From Caldisericota bacterium (lineage in GTDB: Bacteria; Caldisericota; Caldisericia; JAAYUI01): a DNA stretch of 61,612 nt. The stretch spans positions 1 to 61,612 of the forward strand of contig JAKPMO010000021.1 in the NCBI GenBank assembly GCA_029548865.1. The letters are read 5' to 3'. The first letter of the stretch is position 1. Each line of letters starts with the position of its first letter. A program made the translations under genes and the position numbers. A model generated the notes under the pieces. That model saw only the letters and a program-made list of their open reading frames with translations, made no database searches and was not told the origin of the DNA. This document shows, in pieces, positions 12,679 to 23,396 of this stretch.

Positions 12679-13389
12679 TCAGCTTTGTTTTTGCTGTTTT
12701 CTTGCCTTCAAGGCCGCAATTATCTGGCCCATTTTTTCCTTGTCCATGGTTGTCATCTGCTCGAAATGGTCTCTTGTTTCCTGCGATATTGCAAGTGTTT
12801 TTCCGAATTCCCTGCCGGCGTCCCTCATGAGTGCATAAACATCGGGGAATGTTGTTTCATCGTTGTCTTTGGCCATTCCGTCTGCAAAGGGAACAAGAAA
12901 ATCCTGGGCATAGGAGCTGCCAAAAATCTGCTTCATTGTGGCCTTTAGCCCGTCGAAGTTTGACTTTTCCGGGAGCCCGCAGGGTGAGATCAGGACAAAT
13001 TTTATCTTTTCAAGCCAGGTCTTTGAGTCCTTTGGGGTGGATGAGGTCGATTTGTGGAAAGTCTCCAGATAAAGGGGCAACTGCCTGTCCAGGTAGTCTT
13101 TCACTTTTCCGGGAACGGTAAAGAAATAAAGCGGTACGGAGAGCACAACGAGATCGGCATTTCTGTGGTCCTCGACGATTTTTGCCATGCCATCGTTTTG
13201 GGCGCATTTCCCGGGTGTTGCAGTCCAGCAGCTTTTGCATCCGGTGCAATGCCCGATTTCATAGTCGTTTAGCATGATTTCCTGGACCTGATGACCCACA
13301 TCCTCCAGCCCCCTGGCAAAATTTGAACCAAGCCTGTACGAGGCGGAATTTTTCCCTCTTGGACTGCCATAGACAACTACTGCCTTCAT
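12679..13389 (-). CDS. Flavodoxin-fold iron-sulfur flavoprotein (NADPH-dependent FMN reductase family)
   Basis: GSPRGKNSAS, CTGCKSCW...C, PLYFFTVPGKVKDYLDR. Confidence 0.85.
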   Translation of the reverse strand: MKAVVVYGSPRGKNSASYRLGSNFARGLEDVGHQVQEIMLNDYEIGHCTGCKSCWTATPGKCAQNDGMAKIVEDHRNADLVVLSVPLYFFTVPGKVKDYLDRQLPLYLETFHKSTSSTPKDSKTWLEKIKFVLISPCGLPEKSNFDGLKATMKQIFGSSYAQDFLVPFADGMAKDNDETTFPDVYALMRDAGREFGKTLAISQETRDHFEQMTTMDKEKMGQIIAALKARKQQKQS

Positions 13390-13575
13390 TTTGCCTCCTT
13401 GTTTGTAGTTGCTCTAGCATAAATTTTTGTGCTTATCAAGTTCTGGCTTTGAACCAGCAATTGACAGACATTTGCATTGCTTTTCTACGAAACGCTGCCA
13501 TCAAGGTGCAAATAATCCCAACTTGCGCCCAACTGGTACTTAATAGTAGACTCATCAAAGAGGAGGAGGTTGGGA

Positions 13576-15087
13576 ATGAAGAAATGCTTTTCCTTGTTTT
13601 TATTGATGTCATTGCTCATCTTTCCACTGGCAACCGGCACATCAAAAACATCGGACTTTGGTGTTGCAACCAGAAGCCGGGGGAAACTGGATTTCAAATC
13701 AAGGAGCCCTTATGTTTTGTTCACTTGCCAGAGGGAAGGATTTTTTGAGGTAAGGTCGTTGCAAACAGGGAAAAGTGTTTTTTGCCATGGCTGGGTTGAT
13801 TACAGCCATGGGCCCTTTCTCGAAGATGGAAAAATAACTTTTTATGATCCAGACAAGGGTGCCAAAAGCAATATGCGCATGGATTTTGACGGAAACGTGG
13901 AGTATTTTGACCCCACAATCAACCAGACCAATCCACCAACCAGACACAAGATTGTCCAGAACGCCGACAAATCCTATACTCTTAGAGTTTTATCTGTAGA
14001 TGGCGATAAAGAAATCTGGACAATGACTACAAAATCGGGAGAGAAAATTGAATACAAAGATGGCTGGTTTTTGTATTCTGGCTCAGGGTTTATGAAGGTG
14101 CTCAACCCGATTACCGGGGAGATTGCCCTTGCTCTGGAGGGCAAGACTGTCCAGTTTGCAGGACAAAACGATGATTTTGGTGTTTTCTATGTTTTTGATG
14201 GCCCAAAGGATTTCGTTTGCCAGATTCTGGACTGGAAAACCCTGAAATTGCTGGTAAAAACAAAAATCCCCTCGGCTGTGACTCCAATATTTGGAAATGG
14301 CGAAGTTATTTTCGTTTGTAGAATAGACAGGCGGTTACCTGATGCCATAAAAATAGAGTCAAACTGGGGCTGGACAAGATACACCAGAGAAAAGGGCATT
14401 GAAAATTTCTCTTTTTCAGTCGAGGGTGTGTTTGAACCGGCAACAAATGAAGTGATTGATGCAAAAGGTTATCTCTTGTCATTTGCCACAATTGATCCGC
14501 AGAAGCTTGTGGTCGTTGATGCAAGAATCGGAAAGGCCGTTTTTGAGAGGCCGTTTTACCCGGAAATTGCCAATTTTTTTGGCGATGTTCTTTACTACCA
14601 GTCCTGGTTTGATTGTGGCGCAGTGGATACGGCCACCTGGAGAACGCTCTGGAGATTTGGTTTTGGCGGGGAAGCCGGAGAGTACGATGGCTACAAGTAC
14701 TATGTCCAGAACATGGTTTTTGGGGAAAAAGATGAGGGGCCACTTCTCCGGTTTGAAGTTATCGATCTGAAAACCGGACTCCTGGAGCCTTATGAATATC
14801 TGGTTCCATACAACTGGTCGGAGATTGTTTTTACAAAGCACGGAATCGTCACCTTGCCAACTGAACAGAGCTTTTCAAGGGGTACCAGGCCAGGCTTTGC
14901 GCTTTTTGCCCCTGGCCTTGCCGAACCCATTTATTCATTGCACAAGAATTTGGGCGGATGGGTAAAGCACTATGAAATAACTGACAATGGAGAATTTTTG
15001 TTGTTGGAGGTGGTGACCCCATCAACAGGCGAGACTCGCAGATACAAGCTTGCTATTGCAGATGGTTCCCTTGAATTTTTGAAGTGA
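13576..15087 (+). CDS. Secreted divergent beta-propeller (PQQ-like) protein
   Basis: Signal peptide MKKCFSLFLL after RBS GGAGGAGG; blade-like motifs VLNPITGE, VDARIGK, VDTATWRTLW, IDLKTG. Confidence 0.65.
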   Translation: MKKCFSLFLLMSLLIFPLATGTSKTSDFGVATRSRGKLDFKSRSPYVLFTCQREGFFEVRSLQTGKSVFCHGWVDYSHGPFLEDGKITFYDPDKGAKSNMRMDFDGNVEYFDPTINQTNPPTRHKIVQNADKSYTLRVLSVDGDKEIWTMTTKSGEKIEYKDGWFLYSGSGFMKVLNPITGEIALALEGKTVQFAGQNDDFGVFYVFDGPKDFVCQILDWKTLKLLVKTKIPSAVTPIFGNGEVIFVCRIDRRLPDAIKIESNWGWTRYTREKGIENFSFSVEGVFEPATNEVIDAKGYLLSFATIDPQKLVVVDARIGKAVFERPFYPEIANFFGDVLYYQSWFDCGAVDTATWRTLWRFGFGGEAGEYDGYKYYVQNMVFGEKDEGPLLRFEVIDLKTGLLEPYEYLVPYNWSEIVFTKHGIVTLPTEQSFSRGTRPGFALFAPGLAEPIYSLHKNLGGWVKHYEITDNGEFLLLEVVTPSTGETRRYKLAIADGSLEFLK

Positions 15088-15129
15088 TCGAAGCTTAAGG
15101 GTTTATGGAACTAATTGTTTTTGGGTTTG

Positions 15130-16488
15130 TCATTTTTCTTCCAGATATTCATACACTCTGTGGTGCAGCGTCACCTGTGCCCGGTTCCTGAAAGCTTCGG
15201 CAACACCAAACGACCAGACAGAGTTTTTTGAGTATAGCATGCAATTCTCGCCCTTGGCGTCAAAGAGTGCCGTCTCGACCTCCTCTGGCGTGTCTTCAAA
15301 ATTTGTCCTTGAAAGGTAATGGATTTTGCTTGTGAAGTAGTCAAAAATTGTTGCTTTGTAGGCCAAAACTTTGTGTTTTCCGAGAGATTCATAACTGACA
15401 ATGAAAATTGCATTTTCTCCGCCGTTTTCATTGAAACTCGTACAAGTCAGCAATTTTGCATTTTTTGTCTGGCTGATGCCGTCATATGCGAAATATGCAG
15501 CTTTTTGGGGCACTTGCTGTTTCCCGCCAAAATAGGACACACAGCCGTTCACAAAAAACAGGCCACCGTCAAAAGGAAAGAGCATGTTTGCCAGGCCGGG
15601 GCGCACACCGTCATGTTTTATTGAGAATATGAACCTGGATTCCCTCTGGTCGAACAAAAACAATTTTTGGCCGTCATAGATTGAGATGATTCCCCTGTCT
15701 GGGTTTTTGGTGTTTCCGCAAATGAAGGATTTTTCGATGTCTCCCTTGGTCCCAAGCGGGATTTTCTTGTAAGGGGTTATTTTTTCTTTGAACACGGTGT
15801 AAAAAATCAGGTTTGTGCCGTCATAGCCAATAAGACCACTGGAACCATTTTTGTAATTTTCCGCAAAAATGGTTTTGGGTTCAAATGGGTATGATGCCAG
15901 CTCGCCGGTGTTGCTGTAATGGAAAACTTCCCCTCTTTTGTTTGTGCAGAGAATGATTGTCTTGTTGTCGTCAAATGGCAGGTACCGGCCAATTATTGTG
16001 TCTGCGTATGTCTCCACATAAAAAGCGTTCTCGAAATGCTTGTAGTAGTCAGAAAAAACCGTGTGGACATTTTCAACCTTATAGAGAACAAGAGCATTGC
16101 TCGTGTCACTTTCAAAGATGGCCGCAATGTTGGTTGTGCTGGTGTCATGACTGCCTGGAATTGGGTCTTTCTTGATATTTATGCTTAGAAGTTTACCAGG
16201 CGACTCTATATTGGTCAGCGTTTCTTTGAGATTTTCCGTTAGAATGTACAGGCCGCAATCTGATTTGTCAAAGACAACCGGCAAATACCCCTTGCTCGTG
16301 TCTTTGGGGTCCTCGTACAGATAGCCGACGATTTCTCTGTCGGTGTTGCTTGCAACCAGCTTGAGTTTGGCGCGTCCCGGATCAAGAATTATCGCGGCCA
16401 AAACCAGCGAGCTGGTCACCAGAATTATTACCACCCAGTAAATCAAATTTTTGTTTATCCCTGCCCCTGTTTGCCCAGCTTCGCTCAT
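15130..16488 (-). CDS. Membrane-anchored beta-rich hypothetical protein (paralog of 51877..53274)
   Basis: N-terminal TM helix; shares GYDG.NL...K.IPLG..G.I.K and DG.....F motifs with 51877..53274. Confidence 0.7.
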   Translation of the reverse strand: MSEAGQTGAGINKNLIYWVVIILVTSSLVLAAIILDPGRAKLKLVASNTDREIVGYLYEDPKDTSKGYLPVVFDKSDCGLYILTENLKETLTNIESPGKLLSINIKKDPIPGSHDTSTTNIAAIFESDTSNALVLYKVENVHTVFSDYYKHFENAFYVETYADTIIGRYLPFDDNKTIILCTNKRGEVFHYSNTGELASYPFEPKTIFAENYKNGSSGLIGYDGTNLIFYTVFKEKITPYKKIPLGTKGDIEKSFICGNTKNPDRGIISIYDGQKLFLFDQRESRFIFSIKHDGVRPGLANMLFPFDGGLFFVNGCVSYFGGKQQVPQKAAYFAYDGISQTKNAKLLTCTSFNENGGENAIFIVSYESLGKHKVLAYKATIFDYFTSKIHYLSRTNFEDTPEEVETALFDAKGENCMLYSKNSVWSFGVAEAFRNRAQVTLHHRVYEYLEEK

Positions 16489-16536
16489 TTTTTGCGCCTC
16501 CAGCTGTTTGTTGATCTATCCAAAACACCGTATATC

Positions 16537-19500
16537 CTATTTGACACCCGAAGTGATGGTTATTTTTTTGGTCTTCTGGTCATAGTCAAGTTTGCACCCG
16601 AGGTTTTCGGCAAGGAACCTCATTGGGACAAGCGTCCTTCCACCAGAGATTATTGGCACCACCTTGGGGTTCTTGGGGTCTATCTGGATCTCTTTTATGT
16701 TGACAGTAGCTTTTTCATGACCAATCCTCATTCTGATCGTGTTGCCATTCAATTTAACTGTAACTTCTTTCCATTTATCATTCCATAGCGTGTCGCCACC
16801 CATCGGTTCGGCCACAAATTTCGCAGGCAGGTATGTGATTCCCCCGATTGTCTGAAGCTTTACTCCCATGTCCTGCTCCGCTCCATCAGCCTTGAATTTG
16901 CTGCTGCCAATCTGGAACTCCAGCTTTTTTGCTGCACCTTCGGAAAAGCAATAGAGATAATTTGGTTTGTTGACCACGAAGAGATAATCTTTTATCGGCA
17001 CGACGAAAGATCTGCGGTTGATGTAGGATTTTTTATTGTCACTGCTGCCATCAAAACAGAAATCAAAGCTTCCTGTTTTTGTATTTGTCAAAGTGTTGAA
17101 TATTTCGAGGTTACTACTTTCAAAGAAGGAAAAATCCAGGGAAGATGAATTGCTTGCGTAAGCGTAGTCCCCGGACCTTGCGTAGCAATCCATATAGGAC
17201 TTGTCTTCCCAGATGCATCCCCCGGTCTCTATGTCAATGAACATGTTTCTACACCTGAGCTTGCCATCAGAAAATGGGTTTTCATCATAGTTAAGTGGCA
17301 GTGAGTAGAGTTTTTTACCGTTGGATGCATCAAAACAGCATAAGCCCTCCCAATGATAATAGTAAGTATGGCATTCAATTTGTGCACACACAATGTTATT
17401 TTTTATAAAAATATTGCCAGCTTTCATATATCTTGATGTGCCGTAAAGAGCCTGATTTGTTTCATCTGGATCAAAAAATCTTTGCTCCCAGATCAGCTTA
17501 CCACTTGTAACATCAAGACATGACAGTATTAATGAGATACCTTCATCTGGATATCCATCATCAATGTTTTTCTTGCCTTCTGGTCGGCATAAATATACTC
17601 TGTTTGAGTCAAACGCTATTTGGAAAATAAGATCTCCGTCACTATTATTGTAATTTTTGCTTTCCTTGTGTTTTGTCTGGGCCATCCAGAGCGTCTTGCC
17701 CGTTTTGGAATCCAGGCAATACAGGTTCCCAACAAAAACAAAGACCTTTCCTTTGTAGCAGTAGATTTCATCAATGATCATTTCCTCATCCATTTTGAAG
17801 TTTTTTGCTGTCCAGAGCTTTTTGCCTTTCACCTCGTCATATTTGTGCACCTGTTTTCCATCTGCAACATAAAAAGCACCTTCATGGTCCGGGGTGCCAA
17901 GTGTTTTGCATTCCGGTGATTTGATGAATATTGTTTTCTTCAAACCATCAAGGCTGTAGTTTTCCAGGGCGCCATTGTTTAATGCAACAACCTTGTCTTT
18001 TGTGAGATAAGCGTCTGGCCAGGCCATCACTTTTTTCAAGTTCTTCTTTGGCCCGCATGCCTCTGGGTAAATGAATAAATGATTGAGCTCATTTTCCAGG
18101 AAAGAATCTGCACATGTCATTTCTGGTTTTTTGTTTTCAACATAACCCCTCAGCTGTAATCGTTTTTCTAACCCCGGCCACCTGATTACCAGTTCTCCCT
18201 TGAGCACCTTTCCATTCTCTGGCGATGTGTTTCCCGAAAGGTCCATTGTCAGTTTAAGTTTTTTCTTTTCGCCAGGTTCAAATGTGAGCTCGTTTGTTTC
18301 TGCCGTCACCGATGGAGTTGTGACCTCAATGGTCATTTTCACCTGGTTTTTTGAGAGGTTTTCAATTGTCGCCCAGATATCTTTTTTTGTCCCTGGGGCA
18401 ACCGTCCTGAAATCGTAAAAGTTTTCATCCAGCAAGAATCCGTCACCGCTGGAATAGCAATAAACGCTTCCATTGGCTTTTACCACAAAGAGCTTGTCAC
18501 CAGCACAAGCTATCAGTCCTAATCCAAATCCGTTTGGGGTCCAAAATCTCCAGTTTGGTATGGAGTCTTCCTGAAAAGAGCCTGATTTTGTGTTGAAACC
18601 GAACAAATTCATTGCGCTGAGAAAATAGATTTTGTCTCTGGCAATCATTGGGTAACTTGTTGCCCTAAACTCCAGTTTCCTTATAATTTTCCCGTTGAAA
18701 ACATCTACAATATTAACGTGGTGATAAGGAATCCTGTGTATATCATAATAGTCTTCTGCTCCAGCTTTGTTTAGGAAAAAATCCATACATATTGTGCTAA
18801 TTGTTACAAAAAATCCATTTGCGGCAAATATTGATGGAGTATCATAACATCCCCCATAAGAAATAAACGTTTTCCACAATATCTTGCCAGTTGTCCCGTC
18901 TATCCCCAAAGTGTTGCCACATATCAAAATACCATTTGTATAAAAAATGTTCGAATTATAAATATCTAATTTTGATATGTCATTTTCCCAGATCTTTTTT
19001 CCAGTCCTGGCATCCAGGCAGGTCAGCAGTGTTTTTCTATCTTTGTAATCACCATAATAGTAATATGAAAAAAATTTTCCATTGCCAACAGCAAACTCGT
19101 TGGTTTTAGTTTCCCACAGCTTTTTTCCATCCCTTGTGTCATAACAGCCATTTTTGGAATAGAGCAACCCGTCATACACCATGAAATTGGAGCTATCAGG
19201 AACAAAATTGCTCCACAGTGTTTCACCCGTTGCCCCTAAAAGGCACGTCAATGTGTTTCCTGTTTTAGCGTACAATTTTCCATCGCACCAAACCATATTT
19301 TCTGTATAGAATTCCTTCTCCCAGTCAACTTTGCCGCTTGATGAATCAAAACATCTTAAATAGTGAATCTTTCTTATGATATTGGAAGATTTTTCATCAT
19401 CGGTAATTTTGTCATAAGTGAACAATTTTCCATCGCCGCACAATACCCCAGTTGGTACTTTGAACCCATAAATATCTTTATTACTTTCCTCATTATTACC

Positions 19501-22449
19501 TGGTCCATACTTCCACAATAATGTCAATTTATTTAGGTCCAGATTGGAGCTTGTGGGTGTCCTTCCGCCTCCGTCGCCATCTTCGTTTGGCCATGATGGC
19601 AGGCCGGCGTCTTTGTATGAGATAGCGTTGAGATCTATCGAGCCATCGTCCCATTTTATTCTTACCGGGACCACCTTTGTTCCCGGGGTGGTATCAACTC
19701 TACCAATTGTTGCCTCGACCTGGATCTTTTTTTCTGGTTCCAGGGAGAATTGGCTAGGTTTGAAAGAGATGCTGCCATCATCTGCCTCTGTCGTGATATT
19801 TTTTGTCTTGCCTGTGTAGTTTGTGAGCTCAAACGAGATTTTTGAGAGTTCTGTTCCAAAATCCAGCGAGGGAGTATTTATTTCAACACTGTCAAAGTCT
19901 CTGTAACAATAGGGCGTGTATGTTTTTTGAAAACTGATATCTATTAAATCGCCAATAATTATTTTCCCTCCACCAGCGCAAACCGGAATACCAACCATTT
20001 CAGAAGAACCGGTCAGGTTTCCGCTTGAAATGTCAAAATAGAGCATTTTTTTGCCATTGCTCATGACCACGCTGTTGCCCATTATCATGACTGACTCCAG
20101 TGTGTTGTCATCAAGTGGTTTTGACCACAGCAGTTTTCCGTTTGACGCATCCAGGCATGACAGCTGGCCATTTTTTTCTGAAATGACTCTCTTGTTGCCG
20201 ACGCACAGCAGTTTACCCTCAAAAAGCCACAATTTTTTCCCAGTGCCTGGATCCGAGCATCTTACAAAAGTTTCTTTTTTGCCAGTCTCTGCTGCATTGC
20301 AGATTACCCCTTCGGGCATAATGATTGGATCCCCGCCAAAACTCCCTGTTTTCCAGATTATTTTTCCTGTATTGATGTTCATGCAATATAACCTGTCGGC
20401 ACTGTAGTATAAAAGATTAAGGTTTATGGCTACCCCATATTCAATTGGTCCAGTCTCTTTTAAGATTATTTTGTCATTGTATGTTTTTTTGCCTGTATTC
20501 TCGTCAAAAATATCAATGTATATATTCTGGGTTCCTTTAACACTACCACTACGACTTGATTCGATGGCAATTTTCCCATTTTTGGTGCATATAGATTGTG
20601 AATCCTGCCTTTTGGTTTGGCTCCAAATGATCTTGAGCGTATAAGGATCTATACAAAAAATCCAATAGCTTGCATCCAGAAACATTTTGTCGCCATCAAA
20701 ATAGAATTTTTCTATCTTTTTTCCAAGGTCTCTTTCCAATACTATTTTGCCACTTTCTGGGTCTATCACTGATATATTGGTATCCACGAATTTGTAAAAG
20801 AATCCGTTCCAGTATGCATCTGGACTCTTATCCCAAAATTTATTCGAGTGGATGCTTGGGTTGCCATCCCATATTTTTTTAAGTATCGTTCTTTTTGGAA
20901 GCTGGTTTGCAGGCACATATTTTTTGCCTTCAACGTTGCTCCTGTCGTTTGCGTATGTAAAAGAATCCCCTGCAATTTTACAAAAAGTGAATGGTATTTT
21001 TTTAGAGCCATCATTCCAGGAGAGCGCTATCTCCCCATTTGACTGGCCGAGTTTTGCCAGGTCCAGGTTTGGGGTGACCGTCAATTTGTAGCTTGATTTT
21101 GGGGCAACAGTAAATTTTTCTGATGAGAGCGTAACTGGCCCTGTTTTTACTGCTGTCATCTCGATGTTTTCATCACCGTTGTTTTTTATTTTGATGTCTT
21201 TCGATGAGTTTTTATTGGCTTCCAAAAGCCCAAATCTTATTGCGAATTTATCAATACTGATTTTGCCTTGAGAAGCAAAAGATAATAATCTTGCATTTTT
21301 TGTCAAAACAAACAATCTCCCCATCGACGGAATTACATCAATATTAGATTGAACCCCAATCTCTTCTTCATAAAGAATATTACCATCTGTGCATGAGGCA
21401 ACAATCAGGCTTTTGCCTGCAACAAAAAATAACCTGCCATTTGATGAAGTTGGGGAACACAGGATTGCTCCATTGTAATCTTTTTCCCAAATCATATTTC
21501 CATTGTTTGCTTGCAAACACTTGATCCCACCATCTTTTGTTGCCAAGTAAATTTTACCTTCTACTATTACAGGATTTAGGAGTTCCCTGCCCTCTACCGG
21601 AAATGAAAATATCTTCTTGCATTTATCAGTGCTCAAGCAATACAAATAAGGCTCCCCGTCTTCTTCGTCATGGCCGATAAGATATATTTTCCCTTGGTCT
21701 ATTATAGGGTAAGTATTTTCGTAAAAGTGGAAATCCATTTCGGATCGCCAGATTTGTGATCCCTTAAATTGGTCGATGCAGTGGATAACCGAGGGATCAT
21801 GGGTACCATAATAAATTTTTCCATCGGATATGGAATGCCAGGTTATAATTGTTTCATCTGAAGCATGTTCCCAAATTTTTTTACCATTTGCAAAATCGAG
21901 ACAATAAAAATATCCTTCACTTGATGTGGCATATATCTTGCCAGAATTGACGAGTGGCGAACCGTTTATTTGATCATATTCCTTATCTGTAGGGGAATAG
22001 CTCCACATTTTAGTACCATTTGAATAATCGAAGGAGTGGATTCCTCCATTGCGTAATGCAATTAATCTTCCCCCAGCTACAATAAATTGCTCCGTTTTAT
22101 CAGTAGATTTTTCTTCCCAGACCAGAGTTCCATTTTGTGGATTGATAGCATAGATATATCCTCTGCTTCCTGTTACATCATCATTGTTTACTGCTAGAAA
22201 TACCATGTTATCAAGCGCAACTGGCGCGATATTTGTGCTTGCGGATGAGCTGGAATCAGCCTGGTAGGACCAGCCCAGAGAGACCTCGTCGGTCGCAGGT
22301 GCGCAGGAATCCGGATAACAGCCTGTTCTTGCCAGATTGCCCCTTTGGAATCCTGTTCTGCACTCCTCTGATAGTGAATTTCCCGGGAAAACAACAAACT
22401 GGATTGAAATTATAAAAGAAAGCAAAAAAGCGAAGAATTTCCTGCCCAT
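16537..22449 (-). CDS. 1970-aa secreted protein with four PQQ/BamB-type propeller modules separated by Ig-like domains and a C-terminal stalk domain
   Basis: Signal peptide; many CLD..TGK..W blades; Ig-like segments starting IRFGLL, LDFGTE, YDFRTV; C-terminal GRTLVPMRFLAENLGCKLDYD. Confidence 0.85.
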   Translation of the reverse strand: MGRKFFAFLLSFIISIQFVVFPGNSLSEECRTGFQRGNLARTGCYPDSCAPATDEVSLGWSYQADSSSSASTNIAPVALDNMVFLAVNNDDVTGSRGYIYAINPQNGTLVWEEKSTDKTEQFIVAGGRLIALRNGGIHSFDYSNGTKMWSYSPTDKEYDQINGSPLVNSGKIYATSSEGYFYCLDFANGKKIWEHASDETIITWHSISDGKIYYGTHDPSVIHCIDQFKGSQIWRSEMDFHFYENTYPIIDQGKIYLIGHDEEDGEPYLYCLSTDKCKKIFSFPVEGRELLNPVIVEGKIYLATKDGGIKCLQANNGNMIWEKDYNGAILCSPTSSNGRLFFVAGKSLIVASCTDGNILYEEEIGVQSNIDVIPSMGRLFVLTKNARLLSFASQGKISIDKFAIRFGLLEANKNSSKDIKIKNNGDENIEMTAVKTGPVTLSSEKFTVAPKSSYKLTVTPNLDLAKLGQSNGEIALSWNDGSKKIPFTFCKIAGDSFTYANDRSNVEGKKYVPANQLPKRTILKKIWDGNPSIHSNKFWDKSPDAYWNGFFYKFVDTNISVIDPESGKIVLERDLGKKIEKFYFDGDKMFLDASYWIFCIDPYTLKIIWSQTKRQDSQSICTKNGKIAIESSRSGSVKGTQNIYIDIFDENTGKKTYNDKIILKETGPIEYGVAINLNLLYYSADRLYCMNINTGKIIWKTGSFGGDPIIMPEGVICNAAETGKKETFVRCSDPGTGKKLWLFEGKLLCVGNKRVISEKNGQLSCLDASNGKLLWSKPLDDNTLESVMIMGNSVVMSNGKKMLYFDISSGNLTGSSEMVGIPVCAGGGKIIIGDLIDISFQKTYTPYCYRDFDSVEINTPSLDFGTELSKISFELTNYTGKTKNITTEADDGSISFKPSQFSLEPEKKIQVEATIGRVDTTPGTKVVPVRIKWDDGSIDLNAISYKDAGLPSWPNEDGDGGGRTPTSSNLDLNKLTLLWKYGPGNNEESNKDIYGFKVPTGVLCGDGKLFTYDKITDDEKSSNIIRKIHYLRCFDSSSGKVDWEKEFYTENMVWCDGKLYAKTGNTLTCLLGATGETLWSNFVPDSSNFMVYDGLLYSKNGCYDTRDGKKLWETKTNEFAVGNGKFFSYYYYGDYKDRKTLLTCLDARTGKKIWENDISKLDIYNSNIFYTNGILICGNTLGIDGTTGKILWKTFISYGGCYDTPSIFAANGFFVTISTICMDFFLNKAGAEDYYDIHRIPYHHVNIVDVFNGKIIRKLEFRATSYPMIARDKIYFLSAMNLFGFNTKSGSFQEDSIPNWRFWTPNGFGLGLIACAGDKLFVVKANGSVYCYSSGDGFLLDENFYDFRTVAPGTKKDIWATIENLSKNQVKMTIEVTTPSVTAETNELTFEPGEKKKLKLTMDLSGNTSPENGKVLKGELVIRWPGLEKRLQLRGYVENKKPEMTCADSFLENELNHLFIYPEACGPKKNLKKVMAWPDAYLTKDKVVALNNGALENYSLDGLKKTIFIKSPECKTLGTPDHEGAFYVADGKQVHKYDEVKGKKLWTAKNFKMDEEMIIDEIYCYKGKVFVFVGNLYCLDSKTGKTLWMAQTKHKESKNYNNSDGDLIFQIAFDSNRVYLCRPEGKKNIDDGYPDEGISLILSCLDVTSGKLIWEQRFFDPDETNQALYGTSRYMKAGNIFIKNNIVCAQIECHTYYYHWEGLCCFDASNGKKLYSLPLNYDENPFSDGKLRCRNMFIDIETGGCIWEDKSYMDCYARSGDYAYASNSSSLDFSFFESSNLEIFNTLTNTKTGSFDFCFDGSSDNKKSYINRRSFVVPIKDYLFVVNKPNYLYCFSEGAAKKLEFQIGSSKFKADGAEQDMGVKLQTIGGITYLPAKFVAEPMGGDTLWNDKWKEVTVKLNGNTIRMRIGHEKATVNIKEIQIDPKNPKVVPIISGGRTLVPMRFLAENLGCKLDYDQKTKKITITSGVK

Positions 22450-22573
22450 AAAACCCTCCTAGCCCAATTATTTTTTTGTCCTCTATAAGGGAGTTTATGA
22501 ATTATTCACCAAAAATGCAAACCTAAAAAATATCTGCGGATAGATAGATTTATTTGTTTTTATGACGGGAATG

Positions 22574-23116
22574 CTAGCTTGCCAGCTCGGCCTTGCGGCG
22601 TGCCATCCAGGCCTTCCGGATGAGCCTGAGCACCCTTGTGCCGCCTGTTTGTGTCCCCACAGGTGTAAAGCCCAGCGAGAGGGCAAGAGAGAAGCTTCTG
22701 TTGTTCCCAAGCACTACGTATGTGTCTACGTAATAGATTTCTGATTCCCTGAACATCTCGTCCAGAACAAGACTACAGGCCTCTTTTCCATAGCCTTTTC
22801 CCCACATTGCCTTGTCGCCGATGGATATGACCATCTCGCCCTTGCGCTCAAAATCAGTTATGTGTGCAGTTACGTCGCCTATGAGCTTCCCGTCCACATC
22901 AATGGCCCAGAGAAGATCACCGGAAGATTTTCGGTCAGAAAGCCATCTGTGGCTGTCTGCAAGTGCGGTTTGGTAAGTGTAACTGGGACGATCAGGCAAA
23001 CCAAGGCTTTGTCTGATCTCTGGATCAAGCAGCCAGTGTGCCCTTGTGGTCAAGTCCTGCTCGACCATGGGCCGCAGCATAACAGTTGTTCCACGAAGAA
23101 CCCTCTTTACGGCCAT
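22574..23116 (-). CDS. GNAT N-acetyltransferase (RimJ/RimL-like)
   Basis: LRPM...D, IGDKAMWGKGYGKEA, NNRS...LGF. Confidence 0.85.
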   Translation of the reverse strand: MAVKRVLRGTTVMLRPMVEQDLTTRAHWLLDPEIRQSLGLPDRPSYTYQTALADSHRWLSDRKSSGDLLWAIDVDGKLIGDVTAHITDFERKGEMVISIGDKAMWGKGYGKEACSLVLDEMFRESEIYYVDTYVVLGNNRSFSLALSLGFTPVGTQTGGTRVLRLIRKAWMARRKAELAS

Positions 23117-23396
23117 CGCACTTTCCTTTCTTAGGTTACACTTCCCCTTTTTTACAAGTTAAGATGATTTATGGGCTTGTCAATAGGTTTATTTAACCAA
23201 AAATTGAACAAAAATTGTTTATTGTATTATGGATTCGAACCTTGCAAGAAAAAGCTTTCTTTTGACTATAAAAGTAAAATATGAATTTTTTGAGAAAATG
23301 CACTTTTATATGTGATTTTCGTGCAAAAAATACACAGCAAAAGTTCTTGACCGGCAGGCTCCATCTGCTAAACTTCACGTAACAGGAAGGTGTAAA

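Noticed and set aside
16537..22449. Possible DGR target (aromatic-rich variable loops)
   Set aside because: No reverse transcriptase and no near-identical TR/VR pair visible in the window
23228..23245. GGTTCGAATCC (tRNA T-loop-like) on the minus strand
   Set aside because: Only a 2-bp T-stem, no acceptor or anticodon arms, and an AT-rich promoter context
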